Notes: a model not told the origin generated them from the sequence alone. 64,000 nt of DNA from Schmidtea nova (GCA_044892505.1 CM097882.1:309194001-309258000), one strand, 5' to 3'. Shown: positions 36,781 through 50,200, numbered from the stretch's first letter. Translations and numbers: made by a program.

Positions 36781-37546
36781 TTATTCTCATTGTCTTTCTC
36801 CAAAGTGCATTTTTTGTCCATTTTCTTATAAAATTCATTGGCATCAATACATTGTTGATCATTAACCTTGGTTATCAACGCAGTTCACCCTGCTGAAAAC
36901 TTTCATTTATGTTATTTCGTCTTACTAAAATTTATTTTCAACGATGCTCTCTGTTATAATAGTCTCATTTGTCCACGAGCCTTCCGGCCCCTCATATTAC
37001 CTCCTGGATCTCCATGATGTGCAGTCAAAACAAAATCCAAAATTTTTTACATCTCCACCTGAAAATTCTCTGTCGTGAAATCAGACTCAACTATCAAGTT
37101 TATCTCTGAAATTACCCTGGCGTAACATTGCTGGTTTGTTGGTTGATGTTTAACAAGGGATTTTGTCTGATGTTAATATTAGGGCAATTCCACCATCATA
37201 AAAATATTCTCCCTGCTGATGCCAATGACTCGCCTCTAATTGCTCATCATGTTGGTACTGCATCCAGCGTTGTAGTCTAATAGGGCAGGTGAGCAACCTT
37301 GGCGGTTACCATTTCCTTGTTAGAGCTACGGGTTCACCACTGCCGATAGAAGGCCTGTGTGGATTTATTTCGGTCCCAATTTTATACCTTCACTATATTT
37401 ATTTACTACGACTCACATTCTTTATTCCTCCGGTTCTCGTCATATATTTTATTTAATTTTCTTATATTACATCGTTCCTTATTTATGCAGACTATCCAAC
37501 ATTCATTTCATCATACAGGAAGACAAGTCATGTTCAATACATATAT

Positions 37547-38111
37547 TCAACCTAATAACACCGTGGTATTGATGACGTTCACTAGCTGCTTCTCCGATAA
37601 GCCGCTTAGCAGATCTACCTCTATTCTTAGCCTTTCCGCGTAGGCCCTCATTTCCCTACGACGCTTAGCTCCCAATCAATTTCTCTTTTTCGTCCTGGAT
37701 GACAATGCGTCTACTCTCGGCGGTAGCGGTATCACTCTTTCATTGAGTGACGTGAGAACTTCCTGGGTTTGCGTCTCCATACTCCTATGAGTAGGAGTCA
37801 TCCAGCGATCAAACGTGCTTGCCCTGATTAGCGGTTTTAATTGTTGTTCGATGAACTCTTTTGTAGTCGCCCTCAGGCAACGATTTAATTCCAATCGGAC
37901 AGCGGCTGTCTCCCGAGCCTGCTCCTCCAGCGCTCTCTCGGCGTTGTTGAATCTCTTTCACCTTCTCGGGGCTGAACCAGGCCCTTTTCATTGAATCGAT
38001 CTCTACGTTTTGTCGATTTATGTAGTGTTCCAATAATCAGATGCGCATTTGCAGTCGTCGGCGTATACGCTTTTCGTCAACCGGTCCATCTATAATTTGA
38101 ATGAGGGTCAT
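37547..38111 (-). pseudogene. Copy D ORF B, with stops and a frameshift
   Basis: AWFSPEKV, RLELNRCLRATTKEFIEQQLKPLIR and GAKRRREMRAYAERL are recognisable. Confidence 0.75.
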
Positions 38112-38324
38112 GTTAAAACTAGCTTAGTCGTTTAGCCACACCACGCACCTCTCTTGGTTCATTCATCAGGTCATTGGGTTAACAACTTCTCAACTCATCA
38201 GTCACCTCAACATCCAACATCAAGTTAGACAAGTCAGATACAACAATCGATTTATTTCAAACTATTATGACACAGTACTGATACTCAAATGTTGTCCAAG
38301 TCAACCCAGTCTTTGTCACACGGG

Positions 38325-38807
38325 CTATTTTTTCTTCGGGTTCCGCCTGGCCAGAAGTATTCGAGGTTTTTTTTTTTTTTTTTTTATGCCCCATGGCGGA
38401 TTAGGGTAATGCCGTGGTTCTCCTGTGACGACATCCCGCGGTTGATCCAGTAAGACGAATCCCATCTGTTGTAAAGTACGACCCGGAATGGGTATGAACG
38501 ACAATATCCATCGGGGGACATTTCTCTGATCATCGAATTGAACGAACCATTTCCGCATATAGATACGCGTAGAAGAGTCTCGTAGTGGCCAGGATGAGTC
38601 TCCCTCCCAGCGAATTCTAACCACGTATTGGTCCGGATTCAGATTTACCGTGGAGCCCGTATGCTCCCGTTTCCAATACCGTAAACAATGATTGGCTTTG
38701 GTTTGGATGATATTTGGGACTGGTGAGATTCCTTGTGATTCCTGGAAATTTGATTTCACCGTTCTACGACGACGATTTTTCCTAGATATTGGTAGTCCCT
38801 CGTTCAT
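38325..38807 (-). CDS. Copy D ORF A, 160 aa, with a poly-A run near the C-terminus
   Basis: RIRWEGDSSWP...FVQFDDQRNVPRWILSFIPIPGRTLQQMGF aligns with copy A VLYRGGPNWP...IVVIKDAAGRASRIIYWGHIPRRELCQLGL. Confidence 0.7.
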   Translation of the reverse strand: MNEGLPISRKNRRRRTVKSNFQESQGISPVPNIIQTKANHCLRYWKREHTGSTVNLNPDQYVVRIRWEGDSSWPLRDSSTRIYMRKWFVQFDDQRNVPRWILSFIPIPGRTLQQMGFVLLDQPRDVVTGEPRHYPNPPWGIKKKKKKPRILLARRNPKKK

Positions 38808-40621
38808 GTTTCTCTACAATAAGTTTAACTGATCAATCGGCCTAAACACCCCCACTTCATTCATACTCAACCTGCATCATTCCAATTCTCACGCAATCCT
38901 GCACGCTTATTGATCGCGTCCTCCTGACCTCATTCCGTTTACGTCATACATTCTCAACGTTCGTCATTTCATCGTTCTATCAGCATACTTACATACATGC
39001 CCCTTGGTTAGTATATTATGTTTCCCCACTCAATCTCCATGACCTTAACCGTGGTTAGGGCCTCAGACAACTTTCGTGTTTACTTAATCATTCGTTTATC
39101 GAATTATCTGTCCATGTGGTGTTGTAATGAACTGTTATTTCTCATCTAGAGTCTATGCATGCGGTCATCGATCTGTTTAATCATCTATTCTCTCGTCATT
39201 CATCACATGATCATCTAGCGCCCCTGTGTGCATCCCCTCCCGATCCATTGGTTATTTGAAGCTACGCCGCATCGGCTATCACCCATGAGGTATGGCTCTG
39301 AGAGGCCAAATTTTCACCCGTTGGGTCTGAAGACCGTCGGGACGTCTTCCTATTCCCCATCCAAACCATTCAAGCAAATCATGAGAGTTTCGAAATTAAA
39401 AACAATGTCAATGTATACCTTTTATTTCCAACAAGTTTCACAGGATATAATTGATTACAAAGTGCTTTTGGTATCAGGTTTATACTGGTATAGATAGGTA
39501 CAAAACTTTCTTTACACCAGGTAAAAATGCTGAGTGATTTTGATGCCCTCTTACTGAATTTGGCTGCCGCTTATATAGCCATTGTAGGTTGACGGCTAGC
39601 CAATCAAAATCGTTCTACGACTTTATAATGCGCTGAATTTATTTTATTTTTGATTCTTGTCATTTTTACCGTGGGTGTATTTATTATGAATATTTTGTAT
39701 CGCCAGTATTTTGTTACTGTGTTTCTGTCAAATTTGAGTGGCCTACCCATTCATTTAATGACTCCTACTTGGTTTATTTTGTAGTTGTAATTTTATCTTT
39801 CTACGCTTCACTGCTTTTATTTTCATTGATTTATTCTCCAATTGCTGGTAATTTGCTAGTTATTTTATCTTATTTTTCTTGCTTTTTATGTTAATTTGCC
39901 GGGCCCAACAACGTCGAAAAATCACAGGACCCGTTCCTGGAAAATGCCCATTCAAAAAATACAGAATTTCTGAAAATACCCATCTAATTTCTATAAAATT
40001 TACCACCCGCAAATCTCTCTTCAATGTCTCTAGTACTTATATCTAAAGTGTATGTTGTTTTTGATAACGACCTGTGATTTTCTAGCCTGCTTTTGCTAAT
40101 GTCATCTAGCTTTATTTTAATTCTGTTTTTATGTCTCTTTGAAATTGGACCAGAGCTAGCACTTTCATTTAAACCAGCAATAATCTCTAAATCATGAAAC
40201 TCTTTTTTGAAAGTACATAAAATAGCTTCATGTCAAATTGTCCAGAAGCAAAGTCTCTAATTGCAATTAACAATTATAATTCGTCGCTGGGTCTTTGTAG
40301 CAGGTTGTTACATTTCCCACGTGATTCTTTTATCCCATTGGTTTTGCTGCTCTCAATATTTCGACTAATCGGTATTCTGTTTTTGTTTCGGTTTCCATTT
40401 TCTACAATATTATTTACATTGGATTCTGACGTCGCTTTTTTTGGATTTCTACATTTATTTTTACTCATGAATATACACAATTTTTTTCGCTTTAATTTCT
40501 TTTTACACTGCTGGATGAATGACCATCCAGAAACCAAGAAGCTCAATCCTCCTCTTGTTCATTCGTTCTTTTATTTGTTAAGTGTTTAATTTCTATGGTT
40601 TGCCACTGGTTTGTTTCTTTG

Positions 40622-42585
40622 TGTTGGCTAAAAACTGAAATTTGTTTAAATAAAGTGGTAATACAGTATATAGAGAGCGCACAAGAAGTAAACTTAAAAT
40701 CATGTCACGAGAAACACCAAGTAAAACAAAGTAACAACAAAACACATAAGTAAATAAATAAAACACGTTTAAGAATTAAACTGAACAAAAGTGCTTCAAA
40801 TATACACGTTAAAACACAAATATAACAGAAAAACATCAATTATAGAATACAATTACAAATTTGGAAAAATTAATATATTTTCTGCATTAGATAAAAATAT
40901 AGCAAATTGAATTAAATTAGAAAATACTTTGATTTAAAAGTAAAACATTAGATTAAAAATAAACTAGTCAAAATTTATAAAAACTTTATACTGAAATAAT
41001 GATTCGATTCGAATCCAAATTGAAATAAAGCGAAATTCCCAAATTCAAACACACACAAAGCGAAACAAAATTATAATATAGTCAAACAAAACTGTCCATG
41101 TTTTAACAAAACTCCAATTTCTATCGATTTATTTTCTCCAAAACTACAAATCAAATTTTAAAACATTCTAAATTACAAATCAAAATTTAAAACACATTCC
41201 CCGATTTTCCAATATTATTTAAACAACACTTAAATTTTTTAATTTTACTTTAATAATTACCAAATCTAATTTTTTCTATTATTTTACAAAACAACTATTA
41301 CCAAAAATTAAACTTAATTCCAACAATAATTTTTAAAGATTTAAATTCTAAATCAAAATTAATTTTTTAAAGATTTAAATTGTAAATCAATCGCGAATAA
41401 TATCTTCCACTTTTAGAAAAGAATTTTCGAAATTTATATTATTGTTACTTTCATTTAAATTATCAATTAGAATGCTCAGATCTGTCTCAAAGTCGTGTAT
41501 CGATTTCGAAAATTGATAGAAATTTCCCACCATTTTTCAGAACTCTTTTCTATAATCATGGAAGATTTCCTCGGTAGTTCTGGTATGACCACATGAAAAT
41601 TTCGCGACGGTTCATGAGGAATTACCTCTCGGCAAACAAGCCCTCTCCCGACAAAATTGCAACATCCGGAAAGCAATTTACATTTAAGCATATAAGTATA
41701 TAAGATTTACACAGATTTCGATACAACCATTTTAACGGCTTCAAACTTCCAGGCTCGCCCCATAATCTTTTACACAAAATCAAGCCCCACCTTTAACTAT
41801 TTAATTTTTATTTAATTATTTTTTAAGTAATTTATTAAGCGGGCGCAACCAGTCATCATTTAGTTAACCGTTTCATTCAGCAACATTACATCATCAAATT
41901 ATCACACTGAAAACTGATTATTTAATCCATAGAAGTATATATAATTACCACCTTGCAAATCGCAACATCCCATATTAGAAGTCCTTGCACATCACAACAT
42001 CCAATAACATAAATTTCTTGCAACTGACAATACCCTAATGCATCGATTAGCCTACTTGCAGACTACAACATCCTATATCATAAATTCCTTGCAGCTTATA
42101 ACATCCCCTGTATTTTTATACAACACTTCGAAAATTTATTTTAAAAAATCCATCTACCTATTGTTACAAATTAGATACATCGTATTGCCCATTAACACCA
42201 TAGTACATCCAGAAAACTTACATAAATTTATATTCATGCCTGCTCGAAGAAGAATTGATGATTACAATCAATAACACCGACTTCGTGAACTACCACGTCT
42301 AAGAAAAATTGTTTAGACATCCCCTTTATAATCTCTTCACTCATTAGCATCCAATATACAAATTTTTACATTTAAGAAACTAGTCAAGACTTAACTTAAC
42401 CTTACAAGATCAACATCCACCCATATATCAGGAGGATTTAAGTGGGTAATACTTTATCTTAACCAAGATTTCAATAGATAATCATATCAAGTCTCATACT
42501 ACGGGCCTTGTGATACGTTATTTTTTAACGAGTTGCATGACGATCTATGATGCGAGTCCAATTTAAGCTAATGAGACTAAGAACA
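40622..42585. repeat. Unit H3, related to H1 and H2; possible TGTT...AACA element
   Basis: 40660-40790 matches the reverse complement of 4200-4340. TTTG lies on both flanks of TGTT (40622) and AACA (42585), which could be chance. Confidence 0.4.
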
Positions 42586-42949
42586 TTTGATTCATCACAT
42601 AAAAATTTCTATTAAATTTAATGCGTGAAATAGAAAAGTGTCAATTAACTCGATAAAATTAGATACTTACAAAATATGTTTGCATAAAATTAACACATAA
42701 TGTTTGTAAAATATAAATCACAATAGACAAAAATGTTGAGATCGTACAGAGTTGAAATATCAAGGCATAAAAACATGCGAAGCTGGTCATTTGAGGCTAT
42801 TTTAAATCACCTGAATGGGAGTTTTCAAGCATTCACAGTATACATCCCCATAAATCGTTTTCGTAATGAATTCCAAACTAACTGTCAAGAGCTAACGAGA
42901 ATTCTTCGTTTGATTTATGCTATATTTGGATTTAATGAAATCTACTGAC

Positions 42950-44231
42950 ATTCTCTTGAAGACAAGACAAATTATTCGCTAATTTCTTAGTTTTTCCCTG
43001 CTATGCCGTGACTCTCAGGAATAGACAAATCTTAAATGAAAAAAAAGAAATGGATCAGTTATGTAAATAAGACGATAAAACTTATCAAATCAGAAAAATC
43101 CAACCGGGAAGAAATCTTGTACAATAAATAAAAGTGATAAATCAATAAATATGAGAATATCTACAATAGTGCAATTAGCCAATCAGATTGTTTGATAGAC
43201 TTATTCCAGAACTTTGATTTAAAGTATTTGTGAGAAATTTTTATATAGAGCATTTAACACAATCATAGTAAAGGGTGTTAATGAAGATCTTTGAACTTCG
43301 TAAATTAATTTCTAGATAACTTTCATAATATTTTTTAACCTAAAATAAAATGCCGTTGCTAAGGTGTCGGTGGAAATTTTAAAGTTGAATTTCTGACAAA
43401 AGTTTTTTATAATTTATAGGACAAAAGAGACAATAGAATTAGGATATAAATAAAGCCTAATTAAATTTTTAACATTAAAAAACAGAAATTTGAAAGATCA
43501 CGAAAATAATAGTTATTTAGTCCAAAATAACAGGCATTGAATATCCCCTAACATATGCATTTTTAAAGGAATATCTGATCTACGAATTGAGTTGTGATAA
43601 TATATTTGAGCATGAGCTTGAGACTAAAATAAATGTGCGAAAATGTTTTTGTCTTGAGAAAGTATAGTGGTTGGATGGAGTAATTGATTTTATTATGCTT
43701 TAGATTTTCATTGGAAAAATTGAGGGAAAATTTATTTGAAAGCGCTGCTGATCACTTTAATCGATACCCGATTTGGATTTAAGATTAGAAAATCAAAAGC
43801 AGGAACACTAGCTAGAACTCTTAACCCTCTTCAAAATGATTGAACTGATTCTGTTTTGTATGTGGCTGGGATACATTTGCTTAGACCATTATTCTTGAAT
43901 GATGCAGTTTAATTTGATGTTAATAAATGTGGATGCTTATTCTGAATCGCCGATTAAAATCCTATTGATTGCTTATATATTAATCGTTGAATAAAAGAAT
44001 CAAACAGGCATTAGACCTTCTACCGGTAGCCATTGAACCCATTGTGACGTTCGGTCAATCATAGTTTCGATTTTTTCGACGCTCACTGTTTGCGGGCATC
44101 CACCCATTTGTTTCGTTACCAACGTTACATTGTGAAGAGCAACAAGATGGTTAAGCTAATGTTTTATGTGTTGAGTTGTTGATAGGAGGCACTGCAACTT
44201 CAAGGTCATATTCACGGTCAACAACCCAGCA
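42950..44231 (+). mobile_element. Copy B2, B1-like with no recognisable ORF
   Basis: 44015-44231 is closely similar to 20095-20311 and ends CAACAACCCAGCA. 43350-43660 is similar to 18805-19140. Confidence 0.65.
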
Positions 44232-44399
44232 TACATTTAGATTCTAACTGAGAGAAAACGAGTAGAAGTGATTCGATATAATTTTTCGTTTGTTTAAAAT
44301 TAAATTTAGTGTCAATGAAGATGATCAAAACCCCAAAAAAGTAAAGGCCAAATCCAACTGAGGACAGGATACAATACTATCATAACGGTCGAATAAATC

Positions 44400-44770
44400 C
44401 TCTTACTCGTGGGCCTCAAACCGTTCCCCGAATCGGTTAGCCGAGAACTAAATAGCCATATGTGGAAATGGCGCAGGGAATTCAAACGCCTAGTCCCTTT
44501 CGGCCCATGGAAGTCACAATAGGCGGAGGAAATCTGGTGGGAAGGATGTCCCATCTGGCCACATTCACGTTCAATTCTCGACGATCCAGGAGCCACCCAA
44601 AATCGGTTCATTTTGTTCTGGGATCAGAATCAGTTACCACGTTAGATGATGAGTTTTCGAGAGATTCCAATCTCCAAATTGAACGCACTCAAAATTATCC
44701 TCTTGTACACTCCTTGAAACGTCCGCACCGGTGAGAGACTACAATTCAAAAACCTCTTTCCGGTTTGATG
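44400..44770 (+). pseudogene. Copy E ORF A, in-frame stops only
   Basis: LKPFPESVSRELNSHMWKWRREFKRLVPFGPW...IWWEGCPIWP...RFILFWDQNQLPR*MMSFREIP. Confidence 0.8.
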
Positions 44771-45302
44771 AAACATGGCGGCAGGAATCCACATGGAGCT
44801 CTAGCATACAGATTTGTGAGATATTTGCCTACCAATCCCTCTTGTGTTGGAGGCATGATCCAAAGGTCTACTCAATTGAAGGAATTCGACTGCAGTCGGG
44901 TGACAACATCCAAAATTTTATCACGGAAGGATAATCTCGCTAACGACAGTTTTTTTATTGTTGTTTGGGCAAATTAATAGTGTATTAGCATTAGTTTCGT
45001 TTGTGCTATTGATATTTTATTTTATTACTACGTAATGATGAGTTTGATTGAGAGAGAAAATAGCTCGATTATATAAGTTCCGTTCACGAACTGTACTAGT
45101 ACTTGAGAATACAGATTTAGGGTACGATTGGTACTAATGAAAAACATAGCGTAGAACTCGAATTTTTCAGTGATAAAATAGAAGGTCCCGTTGTTTCACG
45201 TAGTCAAAGTCAACAGCTAAGCCCGAGGGTAAAAAAATCATAAAAGTACAGAACCCAGCGTAGACATATTTCTCTGAGGTAAATGATAGGAATTTTCTTT
45301 TA

Positions 45303-45875
45303 ATGAGTAAAGAAACAAAAGAAATAAATAAAGCCCATCAGGTGATCCGTAAGCTAAAGAATGAGAATCAATCGTTAAAAAGAAAAATCGCACAACAGAC
45401 TCGTATAAATAAAGAAATGCATCAAATTTGGTTCACGTTGTCCAGCATGAAAATGGTAATGTGAAGAATTGACAAATTGAATCAGGCATTGAGCGATCAA
45501 ACAACCGAATTATCAGCTACCAAGCTCGAGATAAACCGTTGTCTCAGTTCCACCACCACAGATTTTGTATCACGGCATCTACAAGACCAAATACGGCCCA
45601 TCACCTTGGAGAAATGGGTAGCACAACTGCCCTCTACAAAGGCAACTTAGACGGATTCCTCTACAGCAGTCGAAATTGCAACGTTAACGCCAGCGCTCGC
45701 AAAATATCCGTCGCCTACCGGAATTCAGAAGTAAAAGCACAAGAACAGGATGGTAGCAAAGAGTAGACGTGAACACCGAGCTTTCGCAGAGAAATTAGGC
45801 ACTCAAGTTGACCTACTGTGTGGGTTGAATGAAAATCAATTGATCGAACTGATAAATCCGACTGTGTTCATATAA
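45303..45875 (+). pseudogene. Copy E ORF B, 190 codons with three in-frame stops
   Basis: ATKLEINRCLSSTTTDFVSRHLQDQIRPITLEKW...VAKSRREHRAFAEKL. Confidence 0.82.
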
Positions 45876-46275
45876 ATAAATGTATTATTTGTAAATGTAT
45901 TATTTGTAATTGAGTTTTGTGTTTGATTTTAATTAACTATTAAGTATGAATCAGAGTGGTTTTGTTTGTTAATGCTGTTCAATTTAAATTATATAAAGGG
46001 ACAAGGTGTACGCCAGATAAAGGTCTTCTTCCGACCAGTGAACCCAGTATGTGAAAGAGGGAATAGTAATCATCTCGATTGCTCAACTGCCCTCTTGACA
46101 TACACCGGTTGATGTAGTACCAACGTGAGATATAGCTAGGGGCATCATTGTGGGGGATATATTTTTTATGTTGGTGGAGTTTACCCTAGTGTAAGACCAA
46201 ATAAACTCATCTCCACCATACACCAGCATTCCTTATTTTTGGATCCTCGCTTATAAAATAGTGTATGTAGCGTTA

Positions 46276-47210
46276 TTGGAAAAGCTACAATAATTAGGTA
46301 AAATATATATTTATTAAAATAAAATTCTTCTTCATTTTGTTGCATTTTGAAAATCTCCTCCAAAATAACTTGGTATTAAAACAAGTTATTTTATTTTAAT
46401 AAATAATTAAATATTATAATAAATATTTATTATCGGAGGCACTACAGTGGCCCCCGCCGAAGTACGCGGAGCGTATGGGGTACTATTGGTGCTGGATGCT
46501 GGTACTGTAGATGTTGGTGCTGTAGATGCTGGTACTGTAGATGTTAGTGCTGTAGATCCTGGTATTGTAGATATTGGTGCTGTAGATGCTGGTACTGCAG
46601 ATGTTGGTGCTGTAGATGCTGGTATTGTAGATATCGATGATGTAGATGCTGGTGCTATTGATATTATTGCTATAGATGCTGGTGCTGTAGAAACTGGTGC
46701 TGTAGATGTTGGTGCTGTAGATGCTGGTGCTGTAGATTTTGGTGTTGGTGCTGTAGATGTTGGTGCTGTAGATGCTGGTGCTGTAGATGTTGGTGTTGAT
46801 ACTGTAAATGTTGGTGCTGTAGATGCTGGTATTGTAGATATCGATGCTGTAGCTGTTGGTGCTATTGGTGTTAATGCTGTAGATGCTAGAGTTGTAGATG
46901 TTGGTGCTGTATATGCCGGTGCTGTCACTTCTGACATCAATTGTAGCGATATGGAAAAAGCTACAATAATTAGGTAAAATATATATTTATTAAAATAAAA
47001 ATTCTTCTTCATTTTGTTGTGTTTTGAAAAACTCTTCATTATGTTGCATTTTGAAAAACTCTTCATTTTTTATCATTTTGAAAATCTCTTCATTATGTTG
47101 CATTTTGAAAATCTCCTTTTCCAAAATAACTTGCTATTAAAACAAGTTATTTTATTTTAATAAATAATTAAATATTATAATAAATATTTATTATCGGAGG
47201 CACTACAGTG
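46276..47210. repeat. Direct repeats (about 46276-46449 and 46952-47210) flanking a 15-nt-period minisatellite (about 46490-46920)
   Basis: Both repeats start TGGAAAAGCTACAATAATTAGG and end TATCGGAGGCACTACAGTG. The core unit is GATGCTGGTRCTGTA. Confidence 0.9.
46407..47066 (-). CDS. Possible Thr/Ala/Ser/Pro-rich mucin-like ORF
   Basis: Open frame with PASTA/PTSTA repeats, preceded by a signal-peptide-like stretch MKKNFYFNKYIFYLIIVAFSISLQ. It may be open only because the repeat lacks stops. Confidence 0.3.
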   Translation of the reverse strand: MKSFSKCNIMKSFSKHNKMKKNFYFNKYIFYLIIVAFSISLQLMSEVTAPAYTAPTSTTLASTALTPIAPTATASISTIPASTAPTFTVSTPTSTAPASTAPTSTAPTPKSTAPASTAPTSTAPVSTAPASIAIISIAPASTSSISTIPASTAPTSAVPASTAPISTIPGSTALTSTVPASTAPTSTVPASSTNSTPYAPRTSAGATVVPPIINIYYNI

Positions 47211-48681
47211 TATATAGATTTTCTTTTATTTATAATTAGTTTAATTCAATTAATAAGGGAAAGGTAGAAATTTAACCCTTAATATAAAATACAAAATGGT
47301 AACAGATTATACTAATTTACTAAAGGAATCTTGAGGACCTGAAATTGCTTGAATTACTATGTTATTGCCATTGCTATGACCTCGACGAAAATTTGAATAT
47401 ATTTTTTTTAAGTTATTAAGAATTTTGTATAATTTTAATTAAAATCACACAGATTCCCCCTCTTAATTCGCTAAATAAATGTTGATATGTTTTTTTGATT
47501 TAATTACACTGTAAATTCAAAACTTATTACAAAGAGACATGAATTGCTGCTCAGATCCAGCAAATATAGGAGTTAAATACTATTGAATTATGGATAACTT
47601 TATTGATAAATAAACGTGTCAGGTCGATTCGTAGTAACATGATTAAAGTCAATAGTATGTTTGGGATATACACACAAAAAACCATTAGTGTTTTGGCATG
47701 GTAACACCTAATAGTCAAATGGAATGATTATTTTGTTTGTTTGGAAATCAAATATTTTGATGGCCACGATTGGTGATAATATTCGTTTTAGAGGTCGCTG
47801 ATCGATTAAACTAACACCCGATCCGACTTGGGGTGAATGAAATAAAAACAGAGACCAATCTTTAAAATTCTTTAATTTTACGTTAGTGCATAGAACTGAA
47901 TGGATGCTGACTCTGGCTGGTAGTGAGTAATTAGAAATTTTTATAAATGTTAGTTAGGCAACGTAAATTTAGATTGTTAAGTTATGATTTTCAGCGTCTA
48001 TTGATATTAATTTTTGATACGCATACGTATCCTTTGATCAAAATTATGAATAATTAGATTTTAACTGCATTGTTACTTGATAAATGATTTATTTACAATT
48101 TACTCGATAAGATTAAATTTTAATTCATTTAATTTATTTTCTTACTAATTCTATTTAATTTGCTAAAACGATGTGTGTCCCCATCGTGTCGTCGTATTAG
48201 TTGTTACTGCACATTTATTGATCGGTTAAAACACTCAAATTTAATTTAATTCTATCTTCTTTTTTATCTCTGAATTTTACTTTATTTCAATGGGGATTTC
48301 TACTATAATTTTTAAAAAAATTTCTTTATTTTCATACTAAGTTTTTCTTCGATAATGCCTTTTTAAGTTAAATATAGTAGCAATTATCTTCCGCATTCAA
48401 TTCTCATGCAGTTCTTCGTATGTAAATTCGACTTGCAATCAAATTGTGTGCTCTCTTTTGAAATGTTTCTTTTTTTATCGTTTTATCCCTGACTTATGAA
48501 ATACGGTTCGTATGCATAATATTTCATGTTTGTACTATGCTTTATTTAGTATTATAAATTTTGAACTATGTTATTTTGGTGTGTATTTTTTGACACTTTA
48601 AAATACAATTTTAATTTCACTTCTACCAGCCCAACAATACTTTGATCTTTAAAAGTTATTAATTCTTAATTAAATTTTTAG

Positions 48682-48968
48682 ATATGGTTAGAGAAGTAAC
48701 TGATGACAAAAGTCTATCTCGGGATGAGAGGAAAGCTGCGCAAATTTCAAATTCTCCTTTCAAGAGTCACCAAGCCAAATTAGTGAAATTAGCTGACAAA
48801 ATTTACAATCTTCGAGACTTAAATCGTGATACACCTATCGGCTGGGATGAAAATCGTGTTGTTGAATATTTTAGATGGTCCAAAAAAGTTGTTGATGGTT
48901 TAAAAGGAACCAACGAATATTTAGAAAATATAATAAATGATTTATTTAAGCAGCGAAACATTTTTTAA
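48682..48968 (+). CDS. HDDC3: MESH1 exon 4 (C-terminal half)
   Basis: [17 protein letters not shown]...[24 protein letters not shown]...FKQRNIF*. The spliced CDS is 531 nt (176 aa), close to the length of animal MESH1. Confidence 0.93.
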
Positions 48969-49161
48969 TATTTTATTTCTGAAATTATATTATTAACTTT
49001 TTTGTGGTTTATAATTTGTATATGATTTTAATTTTAGTATAAATTTATGTTAATTATCTCGAGAGTAATTAAATGAACTTATTTTGCATTTAATAATTAG
49101 TATTTATGATCATTGCCTTTATAATATCGCAATTTAGAGATCTTTTTTAAAAGTAAAGGAT

Positions 49162-50200
49162 TTATGTAATTAATAGCTGACATTGTCGATTTGATCCTAC
49201 ATTATTATTCCCATTGTTTCTCGCACTGTTCCTCCAGTTATTATTTTGCTCATTGTTGTCATTGTTTCTCCCGTCTGGTGCTCCTTTGAATAATAAATGT
49301 GCGTTCGGTATAGATTGTTTCAATGTTGTGTATTCCACCTGTTTGTCTTCCTTTACCTCGCTTGCTGCTACGGCGATTCTGGTGTCATTGACTGTCATAT
49401 GTAATTCAAATCTGTTTGCTAGTTCTAACGCCTTGTCTAGGTTGACGCACCCCTTGCATCCTACCTGTGCTCGTATATCTGGTCTCCTCAATCCTCGTAC
49501 GAATTTAGCGGTTAACAATCCTTCACTTATTACACTTCCGCCTTCTGCTATTTTAGCTAACCTTCTTAATTCACTGGCGAATACCGCGTTGGATTCGTTT
49601 CTCTTCTGTTTTCTCTCTGAAAAGTCGTCGAATGCTTGGTCTAGTACCTTAGCCATTCCAAACGTTTCCTGCAAAAATACTTTTACGTCTTCCCAATTCT
49701 TGGGTGCTTTTTCTCTGCTTCTCGCTTCTTCGTATAAGTCGAGAGCGCTATCCTTTAAATACAACGATATTCTTTCCACTACCGTGGTATCTGTCCATCG
49801 GCATACCCTTATGTATATATACTAAATTCCTTTATAAATGCGTCCAATTAACTAGCGTCACCACTAAATGGTTCGCCTCTGAACTTCTCCCTCAATTCTT
49901 CCTTTTCAACTTCTACTTCCGTCATGTTTTCAAATCCGCTATCTCTTGTTGATTTATTATTATTATCTATATCCACTTCCGGGGTTTCTACGTTTTCTAT
50001 TCTTTCTGTCTCTTTGTTTTCTGCTGGGGTGATATCTATTTCTTCGTTATCCGATTTTGTTTCTACTGGGGTGATAATCTATTTCGTCGTTCTCTGTCTT
50101 TGTTCTTTTTGCTTTGGTCCTTCTTTTACTCTCTTGGTTTTGATTTCGGTCACTAATATCCGACAATTGCTTTTCAATAGGTTTTAGCGGTTGTCTTAAC
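49162..50200 (-). pseudogene. gag: Gypsy gag relic (second type), no pol downstream
   Basis: EPFSGDAS*LDAFIKEF...LYLKDSALDLYEE...RKQKRNESNAVFASELRRLA...AKFVRGL...NLDKALELA. One stop near 49853; it ends before any zinc knuckle. Confidence 0.8.

Larger units (their letters stand above)
37129..39910 (-). mobile_element. Copy D of the family (2782 bp, divergent)
   Basis: TGCTGG (37129) to CCCAACA (39910). Flanks are ACAT and ACGT (3 of 4 match). Terminal motif at 37280-37355 and CCAAT/TATA at 39571-39604. Confidence 0.75.
44240..46228 (+). mobile_element. Copy E of the family; 5' end missing or displaced
   Basis: It ends CCATACACCAGCA (46228). 46020-46228 resembles the reverse complement of the copy D terminus. 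Confidence 0.75.
5550..48681 (+). other. Putative 43,132-nt intron 3 of HDDC3, filled with mobile elements
   Basis: GT at 5550 and TTTTTAG ending at 48681, phase 1. The join G+AT gives Asp and reads ...[14 protein letters not shown]... colinear with MESH1. The interval spans the N-gap. Confidence 0.75.

Noticed and set aside
40080-40590. Possible decayed gag-like ORF
   Set aside because: No diagnostic motif, so there is too little evidence to call.
44400-45875. Alternative genetic code explaining in-frame stops in E, C, the hAT and the NeSL-like element
   Set aside because: The stops replace different residues (Trp, Gln, Arg) by single transitions, and MESH1 ends in a normal TAA. Ordinary decay explains them.
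46447-46977. Plus-strand VDAG-repeat ORF
   Set aside because: It is open only because the minisatellite lacks stops and has no other support.
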